Origin: Verrucomicrobiales bacterium
Lineage (GTDB): Bacteria; Verrucomicrobiota; Verrucomicrobiia; Verrucomicrobiales; DEV007
Assembly (NCBI GenBank): GCA_016795505.1
Contig: JAEUHH010000005.1
Location: 91,979-155,978 of the forward strand
DNA: 64,000 bases
Reading direction: 5' to 3'
Below the pieces are notes generated by a model. It made no database searches. It was given only the letters and a program-made list of their open reading frames with translations, and was not told where the DNA came from. The position numbers were made by a program, and so were the translations under genes. Shown one piece after another: positions 1-9,016 of the stretch. Position 1 is the first letter of the stretch; each line of letters begins with the position of its first letter.

Positions 1-734
1 TAGACGAGGGAAATGTTCGGATGGCTGACGAGCGCCCGGGAGCGTGCCTCGTGGGCGAAGGTGCCGACCCAGGTGGGATCGGTGCGGTGCCGGCGGAAGA
101 GGGCCTTCAGCGCCACCTGCCGGCCGATGGAGATCTGCTCGGCCTCGTACATGGCGAGGTCGTCATCGTGCTGGATGATGCTCAGTAGCCGATAGTCGCC
201 CAGCTGTGTGCCCACCCGTAGCAAGCCATCGGGCAGGGAGTCGCCCGCGACCGGCGCCGTCTCGGCGGACGCGTCATAAGCCGGCTCGGACGGATAGGCG
301 GGCGCCTCGTAGGCCTCCGGCTCGGGCGCGGCGGCGGCACCGCCGGTCAGGGACAGGCCGGTGTTGCCCGAGAGCCAGTCGCGCATCACGTCGTCGTTGA
401 CGGGTTTGAAGAAAAGCATCTCGCCCTCGATGACCCGGTCGTAATACGGGCTCATGTCCTCCCGGCTGCAGAAGGCCGTGGCCACCGGGCCGAAGCGCTC
501 GACGAGCCGGTCGCGCAGGTCGAAGATGGCGGCGCCGTTTTCCTCCGGAATGCCGGCCACGATCGCTTCCAGATGATCCAGGGTGCTCGCGATCTCCCAG
601 GCTCCCTTCAGCGTGGCGGCCTGGTGGATGGCGCCGGCATCGGTGATGACGGACGACAGGATGCGGAACAACTGGTCGCGGTCGGTATCCGACTCGTCGA
701 TCAGCAGCAGATTCAGGTGGGAGGAGCCGCTCAT
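1..734 (-). CDS. Ser/Thr protein-kinase-like protein with N-terminal receiver-like domain (partial; C-terminus lies beyond the window start)
   Basis: Not in the ORF track because it runs off the edge. Reverse-strand translation from the ATG at 734-732 gives MSGSSHLNLLLIDESDTDRDQLF (CheY-like acidic pocket), then LGDYRLLSII...VALKAL...FAHEARSRALVSHPNI (kinase beta-3 Lys, alpha-C Glu, HPNI motif). The glycine loop is degenerate, so it may be a pseudokinase. The start overlaps the stop of the upstream gene (ATGA). Confidence 0.55.
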   Translation of the reverse strand, partial: MSGSSHLNLLLIDESDTDRDQLFRILSSVITDAGAIHQAATLKGAWEIASTLDHLEAIVAGIPEENGAAIFDLRDRLVERFGPVATAFCSREDMSPYYDRVIEGEMLFFKPVNDDVMRDWLSGNTGLSLTGGAAAAPEPEAYEAPAYPSEPAYDASAETAPVAGDSLPDGLLRVGTQLGDYRLLSIIQHDDDLAMYEAEQISIGRQVALKALFRRHRTDPTWVGTFAHEARSRALVSHPNISLV

Positions 735-2014
735 TCGGGTGCGTTCGGGACAGTGGGAAACAGGGAATTGTCAGGACCGAGAGGGGGCTCGCTCATCGGC
801 GTGGGGGTGGATCCGGGATTCAAATTTTTCAGGTCGGGGGGAAAGGCGGCGGTGTCCTGCAATTCGTCCCGATAGTAAAGCTCTACGATGTAACCATAGA
901 AGGCCCGTTCGCCAAGCTCGCGCTTCTGTTCGGGCGTAAAAACCGGCTGGTGATAGATCACTTCGATCCTTTCGGAGCCCTCCGAGGCCCAATCGTAGGG
1001 CTTCGAGACGAATTGCTGGGCGGTGTCGGCGGTGGACGCCTCGGTTTTCTCCCCGTTCACCAAATCGTAGAAATAGACCAGCATCGACATCTCCGAGGCG
1101 CTCGGCCGGGAGGCAGGATCGGCCAGGATGGAGACGCTGAGCACCACCCGCTCGCCCTGCCCCTCCCGGATGGCGGGGTCGTGGAGTGTCTCGATTTTGC
1201 CGAGTTTCAGCACGGGCGGCCGTTTGGCCCCGCCAGCGCGGTGACCGCTCAGTTCGCCGAGTGCGATGGGATGCCAGGCGCCGGCTTTGTCCGCCCCGAG
1301 ATCTCGCACCCGCTCCCAGTAGAGGGTGGATTTCCGGTCCAGACCGAGCTGATCGTAGGTGGCGGCGATCTCGGACAGCACCCGCGGGTGTTCGGGCAAC
1401 AGAGCCTCCGCCTGACGCAGGGAGTCGAGCGACCCTTGCATGTTTCCGCTGGATCGCAGCTCGGCTCCGGTGTCGACCATCGCGGCGACCTCTGGATCGG
1501 GAATGCCCAGCGCCGGCGGCGCGGCCAGGGCGGCTTCGGTCAGCAGCGTCGATAGCGGTGGCACCGTCTCCGCGCCGGCATAGCGCGGCCCCGGCAGTAG
1601 CGACTCACCCAGAGCCGGCGGCGCGGCCATCGGCGGCACTGCACCGGTCGTGACCGACGGGGAAAAGTCGGCCCCCAGCGGGGGATTCGGCGGCGCGGCC
1701 ACGCCGGGTGAGGGCGGCACGTCCACGGTCTGCGAAAGCGGCGCAGTCTGCGGCTCTGGCGCAGGTGGCGGCTCTGCGGAGGGCAGATAGGGTTTCGCCG
1801 GATACACCGTCGGCATCTGGATCTGGGCCGGCGGCGGCGGGACGGGCGGTCCGGCTGCGAGAGGCGCCGGTTCCGGAGCCGGCTGGCTCGGGCGGGTCAG
1901 GATCGCCCAGCCCGCCATCGCCACCTGCAGGACCGCCAGCGTCCCCAGCACCCAGAGTGCGGACGTGAAAGTCCTCCCAAAAACGGGACGGGTTGAAAAC
2001 AGATCCTGAGCCAT
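731..2014 (-). CDS. proline-rich membrane-anchored hypothetical protein
   Basis: The track ORF 731..2248 is trimmed to the ATG at 2014 (MAQDLFSTRPVF...). It has one N-terminal TM helix, a long P/A-rich low-complexity region and a conserved C-terminal domain. It is translationally coupled to the kinase-like gene (ATGA overlap at 731-734). Confidence 0.5.
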   Translation of the reverse strand: MAQDLFSTRPVFGRTFTSALWVLGTLAVLQVAMAGWAILTRPSQPAPEPAPLAAGPPVPPPPAQIQMPTVYPAKPYLPSAEPPPAPEPQTAPLSQTVDVPPSPGVAAPPNPPLGADFSPSVTTGAVPPMAAPPALGESLLPGPRYAGAETVPPLSTLLTEAALAAPPALGIPDPEVAAMVDTGAELRSSGNMQGSLDSLRQAEALLPEHPRVLSEIAATYDQLGLDRKSTLYWERVRDLGADKAGAWHPIALGELSGHRAGGAKRPPVLKLGKIETLHDPAIREGQGERVVLSVSILADPASRPSASEMSMLVYFYDLVNGEKTEASTADTAQQFVSKPYDWASEGSERIEVIYHQPVFTPEQKRELGERAFYGYIVELYYRDELQDTAAFPPDLKNLNPGSTPTPMSEPPLGPDNSLFPTVPNAPE

Positions 2015-2116
2015 GCGCGCACGCTTCGACCGCGCGCGCCATCGCCACGGATCGAAACCCGGAACGGTACGGACCCTTGCCCCGCCTGTCAATGCAGCGG
2101 GCGGCCCCTTGCGCCG

Positions 2117-3454
2117 ATGGCGAACTGCGTCAGATTGGCACTGCAACGAGATCGCCCCATGTCCTCTCCCCACATCGACACCGCGCCGACGCTGCGTCCC
2201 TGCGGGTTGGCCCTGACCCCGGTGGAGGCGGCCCGCGGCCTCGCGCATCTCCCCGGATTGGTCTTTCTCGACTCATCCACCGCCGAAGCCGAGCCCTATC
2301 GCACCGATTCCCGCTTTTCCCTCGTTGCCGCCCGGCCCGTCGAGGTGCTGGAAGGCGATTTCTTCCACGCTCCCGACCGCGAGCGTCTGCGCCAGCGCCT
2401 TGCCGCCACCGGTGGCCCCGGTGACACGCCCGACTGCGGCTATCCCGCTGGCGGTGCCATCGGATGGATCGAATACGAAGGCCGGTTCCGCTTCGGCCTG
2501 TATCCCGAGGTGCTCATCTACGATCACCGGCACGAAAGCTGGCTCGAGCGCGGCGACCTGAGCCGCGCCATCGATCCCGGTGCCCCGCCCGCCGGCCCCG
2601 CGCCGCTGCCCGGCCCGTTTTTGGCCAACCAGACGCCCGACCAGTTCCAGGCTGCCGTCCGCCGCGCCCAGGAATACATCGCCGCCGGCGATATCTATCA
2701 GGTGAATCTCTCCCGCCGCCTCCGTGCCGCCTGGCCGGGTGAAAAAATGCCCCTGTTCGCCCCTCTCGACCTCTACGAGCGGCTCCGCGACGCATCCCCG
2801 GCGCCCTTTGCCGCCTACCTTGCCCTCGGCGGCGACCGGCACGTGCTGTCGTCCTCTCCCGAGCTGTTTCTCGAGATCAGCGGCAGCGCCATCCGCACCC
2901 GGCCCATCAAGGGCACCCGGCCCCGCTTTCGCGATCCCGCTGAGGACGAGCAGTCCGCCTACGACCTGCTCACCTCGCCCAAGGAAATCGCCGAACTCAT
3001 CATGATCACCGACCTCGAGCGCAACGACCTCGGGCAGATCTGCGAGTATGGCAGCGTGCGCGCCACCGACCTGCTCAAGCTCGAGCGCTACGCCCAGGTC
3101 TTTCACCTCGTCTCCACCGTCGAAGGCCAGCTCCGGCCCGGCATCGACTCCATCGAGGCCCTCGCGGCCTGCTTTCCCGGCGGCTCCATCACCGGCGCAC
3201 CCAAGCGCCGCGCCCGCGAGATCATCGCCGAGCTGGAGCCCGAGCCCCGCGGACTCTACACCGGTGCCATCGGACTGTTCGGCTACAACGGCGAGAGCCG
3301 CTTCAGCATCGCCATCCGCACCGCCCTCATCGAGCGCGACGAGATCCATTTCCACACCGGCGCCGGCATCGTCGCCGATTCCGAGCCGGAAAAGGAATAC
3401 GCCGAGACCGGTCACAAGGCCGCCGGCATCCTGCGGGCCTGCGGGGTGGGTTGA
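2117..3454 (+). CDS. pabB: aminodeoxychorismate synthase component I (chorismate-binding enzyme, PabB/TrpE family)
   Basis: Chorismate-binding signature blocks are present: GDIYQVNLSRR, PELFLEISGSAIRTRPIKGTRPR, ITDLERNDLGQICEYGSV and GGSITGAPKRRA. At about 430-445 aa it has no TrpE-type N-terminal regulatory domain, which favours PabB. An alternative start lies at 2159 (MSSPHIDT). Confidence 0.8.
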   Translation: MANCVRLALQRDRPMSSPHIDTAPTLRPCGLALTPVEAARGLAHLPGLVFLDSSTAEAEPYRTDSRFSLVAARPVEVLEGDFFHAPDRERLRQRLAATGGPGDTPDCGYPAGGAIGWIEYEGRFRFGLYPEVLIYDHRHESWLERGDLSRAIDPGAPPAGPAPLPGPFLANQTPDQFQAAVRRAQEYIAAGDIYQVNLSRRLRAAWPGEKMPLFAPLDLYERLRDASPAPFAAYLALGGDRHVLSSSPELFLEISGSAIRTRPIKGTRPRFRDPAEDEQSAYDLLTSPKEIAELIMITDLERNDLGQICEYGSVRATDLLKLERYAQVFHLVSTVEGQLRPGIDSIEALAACFPGGSITGAPKRRAREIIAELEPEPRGLYTGAIGLFGYNGESRFSIAIRTALIERDEIHFHTGAGIVADSEPEKEYAETGHKAAGILRACGVG

Positions 3455-3476
3455 TGCCCCCGATGCGTCTGCCCGA

Positions 3477-3527
3477 TTCCGATCAGACCCTGTTGGATCG
3501 GAGATGATACCCTGTTTGATCGGAAAC
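3477..3527. repeat. dispersed GATC-rich palindromic element, copy 1 (intergenic between pabB-like and GT2 genes)
   Basis: The sequence is ttccgatcagaccctgttggatcggagatgataccctgtttgatcggaaac. It is built from copies of the module ACCCTGTTKGATCGGA and its reverse complement around a central GATCGGAGATG. Confidence 0.7.
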
Positions 3528-3636
3528 CCCGCCGCGCCGGGGCGGCAGGATTTCGGCCGGCCGGCTTCAATGTCGGGTGTATCGCGGGGATTTTGCGGTA
3601 TCATGGCCCCTCCCGCCCCTTTCGAAAAAAAACCGC

Positions 3637-4890
3637 ATGCCACGACTCGCTGCCGTCATCGCCTCCTACAATCACGCGCGCTACCTGCCCGCGGCGATCG
3701 AATCCGTGCTGCGGCAGACGCGGCGGCCGGACCGCTTTCTCATCATCGACGACGGGTCGAAGGATGACTCGGTCGAAGTGATCCGCCGCTACGAAAAGGA
3801 CGGCGTGGAGCTGATCGTGCAGCCGAATGCCGGCGCCCATGCCACCTGGAACCGTTGCATCGAAACGGTGGCGCGGGACTGCGAGCTGGTGTCGATCCTG
3901 AACTCCGACGACATCTACGCGGCGGAGCGCTTCGCGAAATGCCTGCCACTTTTTGATCAGCCGGGTGCCCGCTCGGTCGTCTGCACGGGCCTGCGCATGA
4001 TCGGTCCGGACGACTCGCCGCTGGCCGCGGACGAGCCCCGCGCGCGCTGGCTGCGGGCCGCCTGGGCGCTGGGCGGCGCGCCGGTTATCACGACCTGGGA
4101 GTGGATGGCGATGGCCAACTTCGCGGTCACCAGCAGCAACATCGTCGCCCGGGCGGACTATTTGTTGGCGAACCCGTTCCGCCCCTACCGGTTCAACCAC
4201 GACTACTTTTTTCTCTCCGGCGCCGCGCTCCGTGACGAGATCGCCCTGCTCGACGAGGTGCTGCTCGACTACCGGGTGCATCCGCAGAACAACATCAACA
4301 CCAATCCCGCGCCGCTGCTGAAGGAGATGCTGCGGATGCACGTGGATCTCTACCACCACTTCGCCGCCGAGCTGGAAGCCGATGGCGCGGTGCGGGCGCG
4401 TTTTTACGACTACATGCGCGCGACTGAGCACAGCATCTCCAGCTTCCATCCGGGACTGTTCCAACTCCTGCTCGCGCGGCTGGCCGCCGGTGCCAGCGAC
4501 GAAAGCCTGGAGCAGCTCGTCGCCAGTCTCGACGAGACCCGGCTGCCGGAGCTGCATGACTATCCCAACAAGGCCCTGGTGAATGCCTGGGACGGGCAAT
4601 CGCCGCCCCAACTGGCGGTGAATCTGGCGGGAAAGTACGAAGCCGCCCGCGAGGCCCGGCGCGAGGCCGAGGCCGATCGTCAGGCGCTGCGCGATCTGGC
4701 GCGGGCGCGACGGGAGCTGCTCGATTCGAAGTGGCTGGCGCTGGGCCGCCTGTTTGGAGCGGGCCGGGAACTGAATGCCGACACCGGCAAGACGCCGGCC
4801 GAGAAGCTGGATCACCTGCGCACGGCAGCGGGCCGGTCGGCCTGGCTGCGGATGGGCCGCCGTCTGGGGGCGGGACCGCATCTGGAGTGA
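3637..4890 (+). CDS. family 2 glycosyltransferase with C-terminal coiled-coil region
   Basis: MPRLAAVIASYNHARYLPAAIESVLRQT...FLIIDDGSKDDS is the GT-A fold signature (DxD-type, GT2). The track ORF starts at 3577; the first ATG is at 3637. Confidence 0.7.
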   Translation: MPRLAAVIASYNHARYLPAAIESVLRQTRRPDRFLIIDDGSKDDSVEVIRRYEKDGVELIVQPNAGAHATWNRCIETVARDCELVSILNSDDIYAAERFAKCLPLFDQPGARSVVCTGLRMIGPDDSPLAADEPRARWLRAAWALGGAPVITTWEWMAMANFAVTSSNIVARADYLLANPFRPYRFNHDYFFLSGAALRDEIALLDEVLLDYRVHPQNNINTNPAPLLKEMLRMHVDLYHHFAAELEADGAVRARFYDYMRATEHSISSFHPGLFQLLLARLAAGASDESLEQLVASLDETRLPELHDYPNKALVNAWDGQSPPQLAVNLAGKYEAAREARREAEADRQALRDLARARRELLDSKWLALGRLFGAGRELNADTGKTPAEKLDHLRTAAGRSAWLRMGRRLGAGPHLE

Positions 4891-4899
4891 CCGGCCGGC

Positions 4900-5652
4900 T
4901 CAGCCGCGCAGGGAGTGGAGCACGATGGCCGACGCCGAGGCGACATTGAGCGACTCGACGCGGTCGGAGAGCGGGATGGTGAGGCATTGCCCGCAGGCGG
5001 CCAGGATGGCGGGCGGGAGACCGTCGGCCTCACTGCCGAAAAGGACGGCGAGGGAATCCGGGGCGCTTTCGACAAACTCGTCGAGCGGAATCGCGCCCGG
5101 GACCAGCGCGGTGCCGACCCAGACGGTCCCGGGTGCGGCAGCGGCGAGGGCGGTGGGCCAGTCTTCCTCGACAAAGACGGGCAGGCGGAACAGCGCCGTG
5201 GCCGAGGCGCGGACGGCCTTGGCATGGTAGGGCGAGGCGCCGGCGCGGGAGCAGATCACGGCATCGAAGCCAAAGGCGGCGGCATTGCGGATCACGGTGC
5301 CGACATTGCCGGGATCGGCGAGCCGGTCCAGCACGCAAAGCCGGCGGACGGTGTTCGTTTTGGCCCAGTCGGAGAAGGAAATCCCCGGTTTCCGGGCGAT
5401 GGCGAGCACGCCGCGGTGAAAGTCGAAGCCGACCAGCCGCGAGAGGCGCCCGGGGTCGATCTCCCGGAACCAGCGGCCCGACCGGGGCGTCACGCCGACC
5501 GACTCGGTCGCGGTGTCGAAGCCGGCGATGATCTCCAGGTCCGATTCGAGCAGGGCCCGAACGGCGTGACGGCCCTCGACGCGGAAATGATCGTCGTCCG
5601 CGGCCGGCAGCAGCCAGGCGCGGAGCGTGTCGTCGTCGGGGAGCGGATCCAT
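4900..5652 (-). CDS. TrmH/SpoU-family RNA 2'-O-methyltransferase
   Basis: The SPOUT motifs LDRLADPGNVGTVIRNAAAFGFDAVI, LFGSEADGLP and ESLNVASASAIVLH are present. The start is trimmed to the ATG at 5652 (MDPLPDD). Confidence 0.75.
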   Translation of the reverse strand: MDPLPDDDTLRAWLLPAADDDHFRVEGRHAVRALLESDLEIIAGFDTATESVGVTPRSGRWFREIDPGRLSRLVGFDFHRGVLAIARKPGISFSDWAKTNTVRRLCVLDRLADPGNVGTVIRNAAAFGFDAVICSRAGASPYHAKAVRASATALFRLPVFVEEDWPTALAAAAPGTVWVGTALVPGAIPLDEFVESAPDSLAVLFGSEADGLPPAILAACGQCLTIPLSDRVESLNVASASAIVLHSLRG

Positions 5653-5665
5653 CGGCGCGGCGCGG

Positions 5666-6553
5666 TCAATGCCGCCGGGGTGCACAACACGCCGGGCAAC
5701 ACCAGCCCACCAGGAAAGCCAGAAAGGCCCCCAGCACGGCGCCACCGAGCCAGACGACAGGTCGCGGCGGGCCGACCGGCTCGGCCGGGACGCTGGCGGG
5801 CTCGGCGAGGCGCAGGGTCACGGCCGGACCGGGAAAGTCCGCCGGAGCGGGGGTAACCGGACCGGTGAGTTCGGCGAGCAGTCGCTGGACGGCCTCCGCG
5901 GGATCGGCGATCTCGGCGGCTGCGAGCCCGAAATCGCGGCGCCATGTAGCGACCTGATCGAGGATGCGGCTGCGCAGCCCGTCGAGCCGCTCGCGGGCGC
6001 CCACGACGGCGGGATGCGCGGCTTCGTTGCCGTAGCGGGCGGCGAGTTTTTCGAATTCGGCACGCTGGCTGGTCCAGGCGGCGGATAGGCTCTGGGGCGA
6101 GTCGGCGGCGGCAGCATCCGGCAGGGCGGCGGCGGGCCGGGGCCGGGTCGGTCCGGGCGAAACAGAGGCGAGAAAAACCTCCGCCAGTCGATCGGCCTCT
6201 GCGGCGGCTTGGGCGGGCTCAGAATGGCTGACGATCACCGCCATGAGCTGGCTGCCTCGCCGCACCCGGACGCGGGTGCGCTGGGCGAGATCGCGCGCGG
6301 CCTCGTCGGATTCCGCGGCGGCCCGGTAGAGTGAGGGGAAGCGGAGTTTTTCCTCCAGAGTTGGCAGGGCGGCGGCCGGAGCGGCCTCCAGATAGGCGGT
6401 GGCCTCGTAGGTCGGCCCCAGCAGCAGGGTCGCCACCGCGGCGGTGATGAGACCGGCGATGGCGCCCAGCACAAGGCGGCGCAGCGTCACGACCGCGGGA
6501 CAGCACGGGCCCGCGGCGTCGCCGGCGCGGGAGGCAGGGGGAGTTTCGGACAT
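5666..6553 (-). CDS. polysaccharide chain-length-determinant (Wzz-like) membrane protein
   Basis: The topology is an N-terminal TM helix (LVLGAIAGLITAAVATLLLGPTYEA), a periplasmic helical region and a C-terminal TM helix (VVWLGGAVLGAFLAFLVGW), which is typical of Wzz/GumC short forms. It lies 14 bp upstream of the trmH-like gene. The start is trimmed to the ATG at 6553. Confidence 0.45.
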   Translation of the reverse strand: MSETPPASRAGDAAGPCCPAVVTLRRLVLGAIAGLITAAVATLLLGPTYEATAYLEAAPAAALPTLEEKLRFPSLYRAAAESDEAARDLAQRTRVRVRRGSQLMAVIVSHSEPAQAAAEADRLAEVFLASVSPGPTRPRPAAALPDAAAADSPQSLSAAWTSQRAEFEKLAARYGNEAAHPAVVGARERLDGLRSRILDQVATWRRDFGLAAAEIADPAEAVQRLLAELTGPVTPAPADFPGPAVTLRLAEPASVPAEPVGPPRPVVWLGGAVLGAFLAFLVGWCCPACCAPRRH

Positions 6554-6623
6554 GGCGATCGATGAGTGGGAGTGCCACATGTTCGGCCCGGCACGCGCCG
6601 TTGCAAGTCGCCGTGGCTTTCCT

Positions 6624-7562
6624 ATGCTGGTCGGAGTGTCTCCCACCGAGTCCAGCCCGTCCGCGACGCCGGAGGTCCGCCTGCCGGACTTCCTGGCCAT
6701 TGGGGCCATGAAATGCGGCACCACCACGCTCTACCGCGACCTGCTGGGCCAGCCAGGCCTGTATCTGCCGGACAAGGAAAGCAATGCCCTGCTCGCCGCC
6801 GATCCCGCTGCCGCGCTGGCGCGATTGACCGACGGGGCGCCGGCAGATGGCCTGACCGGCGAGGTGTGCCCCGACTACACCAAGCCCGGTCTGGACCTCC
6901 GGGCGGCGGCCGCGGCGCGGCAGCTCTACGCGGGTCGCCGGGCGCCGCGGCTGATTTTCCTCGCCCGCGAGCCGATCGCGCGGTTGCTGAGCCACCATCA
7001 TTTCATCAGCACCCAGCAGGGTGCGGGCAATCCGGGCGGCATGACGCGGGATCTCGCCGCGAGCCTGCGCGATTTTCCCGAACTGATCGAGACGAGCCGC
7101 TACGCCGCGCGACTGGCACCGTGGGTCGAGGCCTTTGGCCGCGAGTCGCTGCTGGTGCTGCGGTTTGAGGATTACATCGCGGATCGGGCCGGGACGCTGG
7201 GGCGGATCGCCGCTTTCATCGGTCACCCCGGCTTTGCCGCTGCCCGCATCGAGGCCCGGCGCGTGTACAATGCCGGAGTGGCCCGGCCGGTGGCCACGCC
7301 GGGCTGGCGACGAATTCTGGGAAATTCGCTTTATCGCCGCTGGGTGCGTCCGCTGCTGCCCATCGGTCTGAGGGACCACCTGCGCGACCGGCTGCTGCCA
7401 AAAGCGCCGCCCCGGCCCTCGCCGCCCGATCGGGAAAGGCTGCGCGAGTTGGCGGAATCCCTGAAGCCCGATGTGGCGGCCCTGTCCTGCCTGCTGGGAC
7501 AGGATGAGCCGCTGTGGGATCTGGACCGGGCGGTGGAAACCCTGGCCGCGGGAGAACCATGA
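6624..7562 (+). CDS. sulfotransferase family protein
   Basis: PDFLAIGAMKCGTTTL is a 5'-PSB (PAPS-binding) loop, and RLIFLAREPIARLLSHHH is a 3'-PB-like region. The start is ambiguous (ATG at 6552, 6579 or 6624). 6624 is chosen so that the PSB loop sits about 20 aa from the N-terminus. Confidence 0.7.
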   Translation: MLVGVSPTESSPSATPEVRLPDFLAIGAMKCGTTTLYRDLLGQPGLYLPDKESNALLAADPAAALARLTDGAPADGLTGEVCPDYTKPGLDLRAAAAARQLYAGRRAPRLIFLAREPIARLLSHHHFISTQQGAGNPGGMTRDLAASLRDFPELIETSRYAARLAPWVEAFGRESLLVLRFEDYIADRAGTLGRIAAFIGHPGFAAARIEARRVYNAGVARPVATPGWRRILGNSLYRRWVRPLLPIGLRDHLRDRLLPKAPPRPSPPDRERLRELAESLKPDVAALSCLLGQDEPLWDLDRAVETLAAGEP

Positions 7563-9016
7563 GCGGCCATCTGTCCCAGCCCAGAGGTCCGTTCGCCCGC
7601 CCGGTGGGCGTTTTTGCCGTGGCGGCGGCCGCCCTCGCCGCTTCCCTGGCCACGGCAGCGATGCTGCGCGACGAGCGTTTCGTATTTCTCGCGACCGGCC
7701 TGTGGGCGCTGGCCCTGATGCTGGTGCCCTACGCGCGCGCCGAGCGGCCGGGACTGTTCTCGGTGTGGTCCTTCGTCGTACTCACCGTGGGCATCGGGGT
7801 GACGGCCCGCGGGGTCTGCCTCACGCTCGGCTATCCCGAGGCCGGGCGGCTCGATGAGTTGTATTTCCGCGGACGGGAGGCGGCGTTTTTCTTCGAGCCG
7901 GCGCTGGCCCTGCTGACGGGATTGGGAATGCTCGTGCTGGGGCACGAATGGCGTGTCCGTCGTCCGGGCCCGGTGGACCTGGCTCCGGTATGTCCGGATC
8001 GACTGCGTCTCGTCTGTGTGGCGGTGCTGGTAGTTTCGGCGGCAGCTACCTGGCTTTACGTGTCCCGCACTGGCGGCTGGCAGGGCGGCGACTGGTCGGG
8101 CAAACGCACGCCCATCCCCGGCCTCGACGTGGCGGGCACAGGCTACCAGAGCCACGGGGGACTGCGCTTTGCCGCTTCGCTGGCGGGCTTTGGCCATGTG
8201 CTGGCTGTGGCGGGATGGTTTGCCGCCCCGGCAGGAAGGCGGATCGGTTGGGCCGTGCTGGCGGCCGCCTTGCTGCTCGTGGCGGTGGCGGTGCCTTTCC
8301 ATGCCAGCCTGCGCACGCCGCTGGTGCTGTTGCTGGTCCTGCCGGCCGCGATGGTCCATCTGGCGGGCCGGCGCATCCGCCCCGCAGCCCTCGCGGCGAC
8401 GGTGGTGGCGGCGCTGCTGGCGATCCAGGTGATGACGGTCCTGCGAAACTCGGGTAGCGACCGCGACGCCGCCATTGACCCGCCGACGCCGGCGGCGCTG
8501 TTTGATGCGGCCGTGCTGAACCGCAATCAGATCGAGCTGCCGAAAACCGCGCACCTCTATCACGCGGTGCCGCGGGAGCTGCCCGTCGCCTGGGGCGCCA
8601 CGGTGGCCCGCTGGGTGCTGGCGCCGATCCCGCGCAGCCTCTGGCCCGACAAGCCGGTGATCCAACCCGGTCCCATCGTCGGACAGACCCTGTACGATCA
8701 GCCGATCGCCGGGGTGCCGCCGTCGCTGGTGGGCGAGCTTTTTTGGAATTTCCACTGGCCGGGTGTGATCATCGGCGCCTTCCTGATCGGACTGGCTCTG
8801 CGGATGGTGGAGGCGGTCTTCCAACCGATCCGGGGCGGCGATCCGATGCGGGCGGCGCTCTTCGTGGCCGGACCCATGACGATGGGTTTCGAAATGGTCG
8901 GCGGCAGCATCGGGTCGGGCCTGTTTCGCGGATGCCTTCAGACAGCCGTCATGCTGGGCCTGCTGTGGCTGGCCCAGGATCTAAGCCGCGTTCGCCATTC
9001 CTCTGTCCCGAGATGA
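7559..9016 (+). CDS. O-antigen/oligosaccharide repeat-unit polymerase-like (Wzy-type) polytopic membrane protein
   Basis: It has about 10-12 predicted TM helices with a large periplasmic loop and no other motif, and it sits between glycosyltransferases in a polysaccharide cluster. There is an ATGA overlap with the upstream sulfotransferase (7559-7562). Confidence 0.5.
   Translation: MSGHLSQPRGPFARPVGVFAVAAAALAASLATAAMLRDERFVFLATGLWALALMLVPYARAERPGLFSVWSFVVLTVGIGVTARGVCLTLGYPEAGRLDELYFRGREAAFFFEPALALLTGLGMLVLGHEWRVRRPGPVDLAPVCPDRLRLVCVAVLVVSAAATWLYVSRTGGWQGGDWSGKRTPIPGLDVAGTGYQSHGGLRFAASLAGFGHVLAVAGWFAAPAGRRIGWAVLAAALLLVAVAVPFHASLRTPLVLLLVLPAAMVHLAGRRIRPAALAATVVAALLAIQVMTVLRNSGSDRDAAIDPPTPAALFDAAVLNRNQIELPKTAHLYHAVPRELPVAWGATVARWVLAPIPRSLWPDKPVIQPGPIVGQTLYDQPIAGVPPSLVGELFWNFHWPGVIIGAFLIGLALRMVEAVFQPIRGGDPMRAALFVAGPMTMGFEMVGGSIGSGLFRGCLQTAVMLGLLWLAQDLSRVRHSSVPR

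Noticed and set aside
2273-4881. Long reverse-strand ORFs of 456 and 426 aa opposite the pabB-like and GT2 genes
   Set aside because: They are Gly/Ala/Arg-rich antisense artefacts. The forward genes carry strong family motifs.
6552-6554. ATG at 6552 as the sulfotransferase start
   Set aside because: It would overlap head-on with the divergent Wzz-like gene's start codon (6551-6553) and would leave the PSB loop about 45 aa from the N-terminus. A downstream ATG at 6579 or 6624 is more plausible, though this is not proven.
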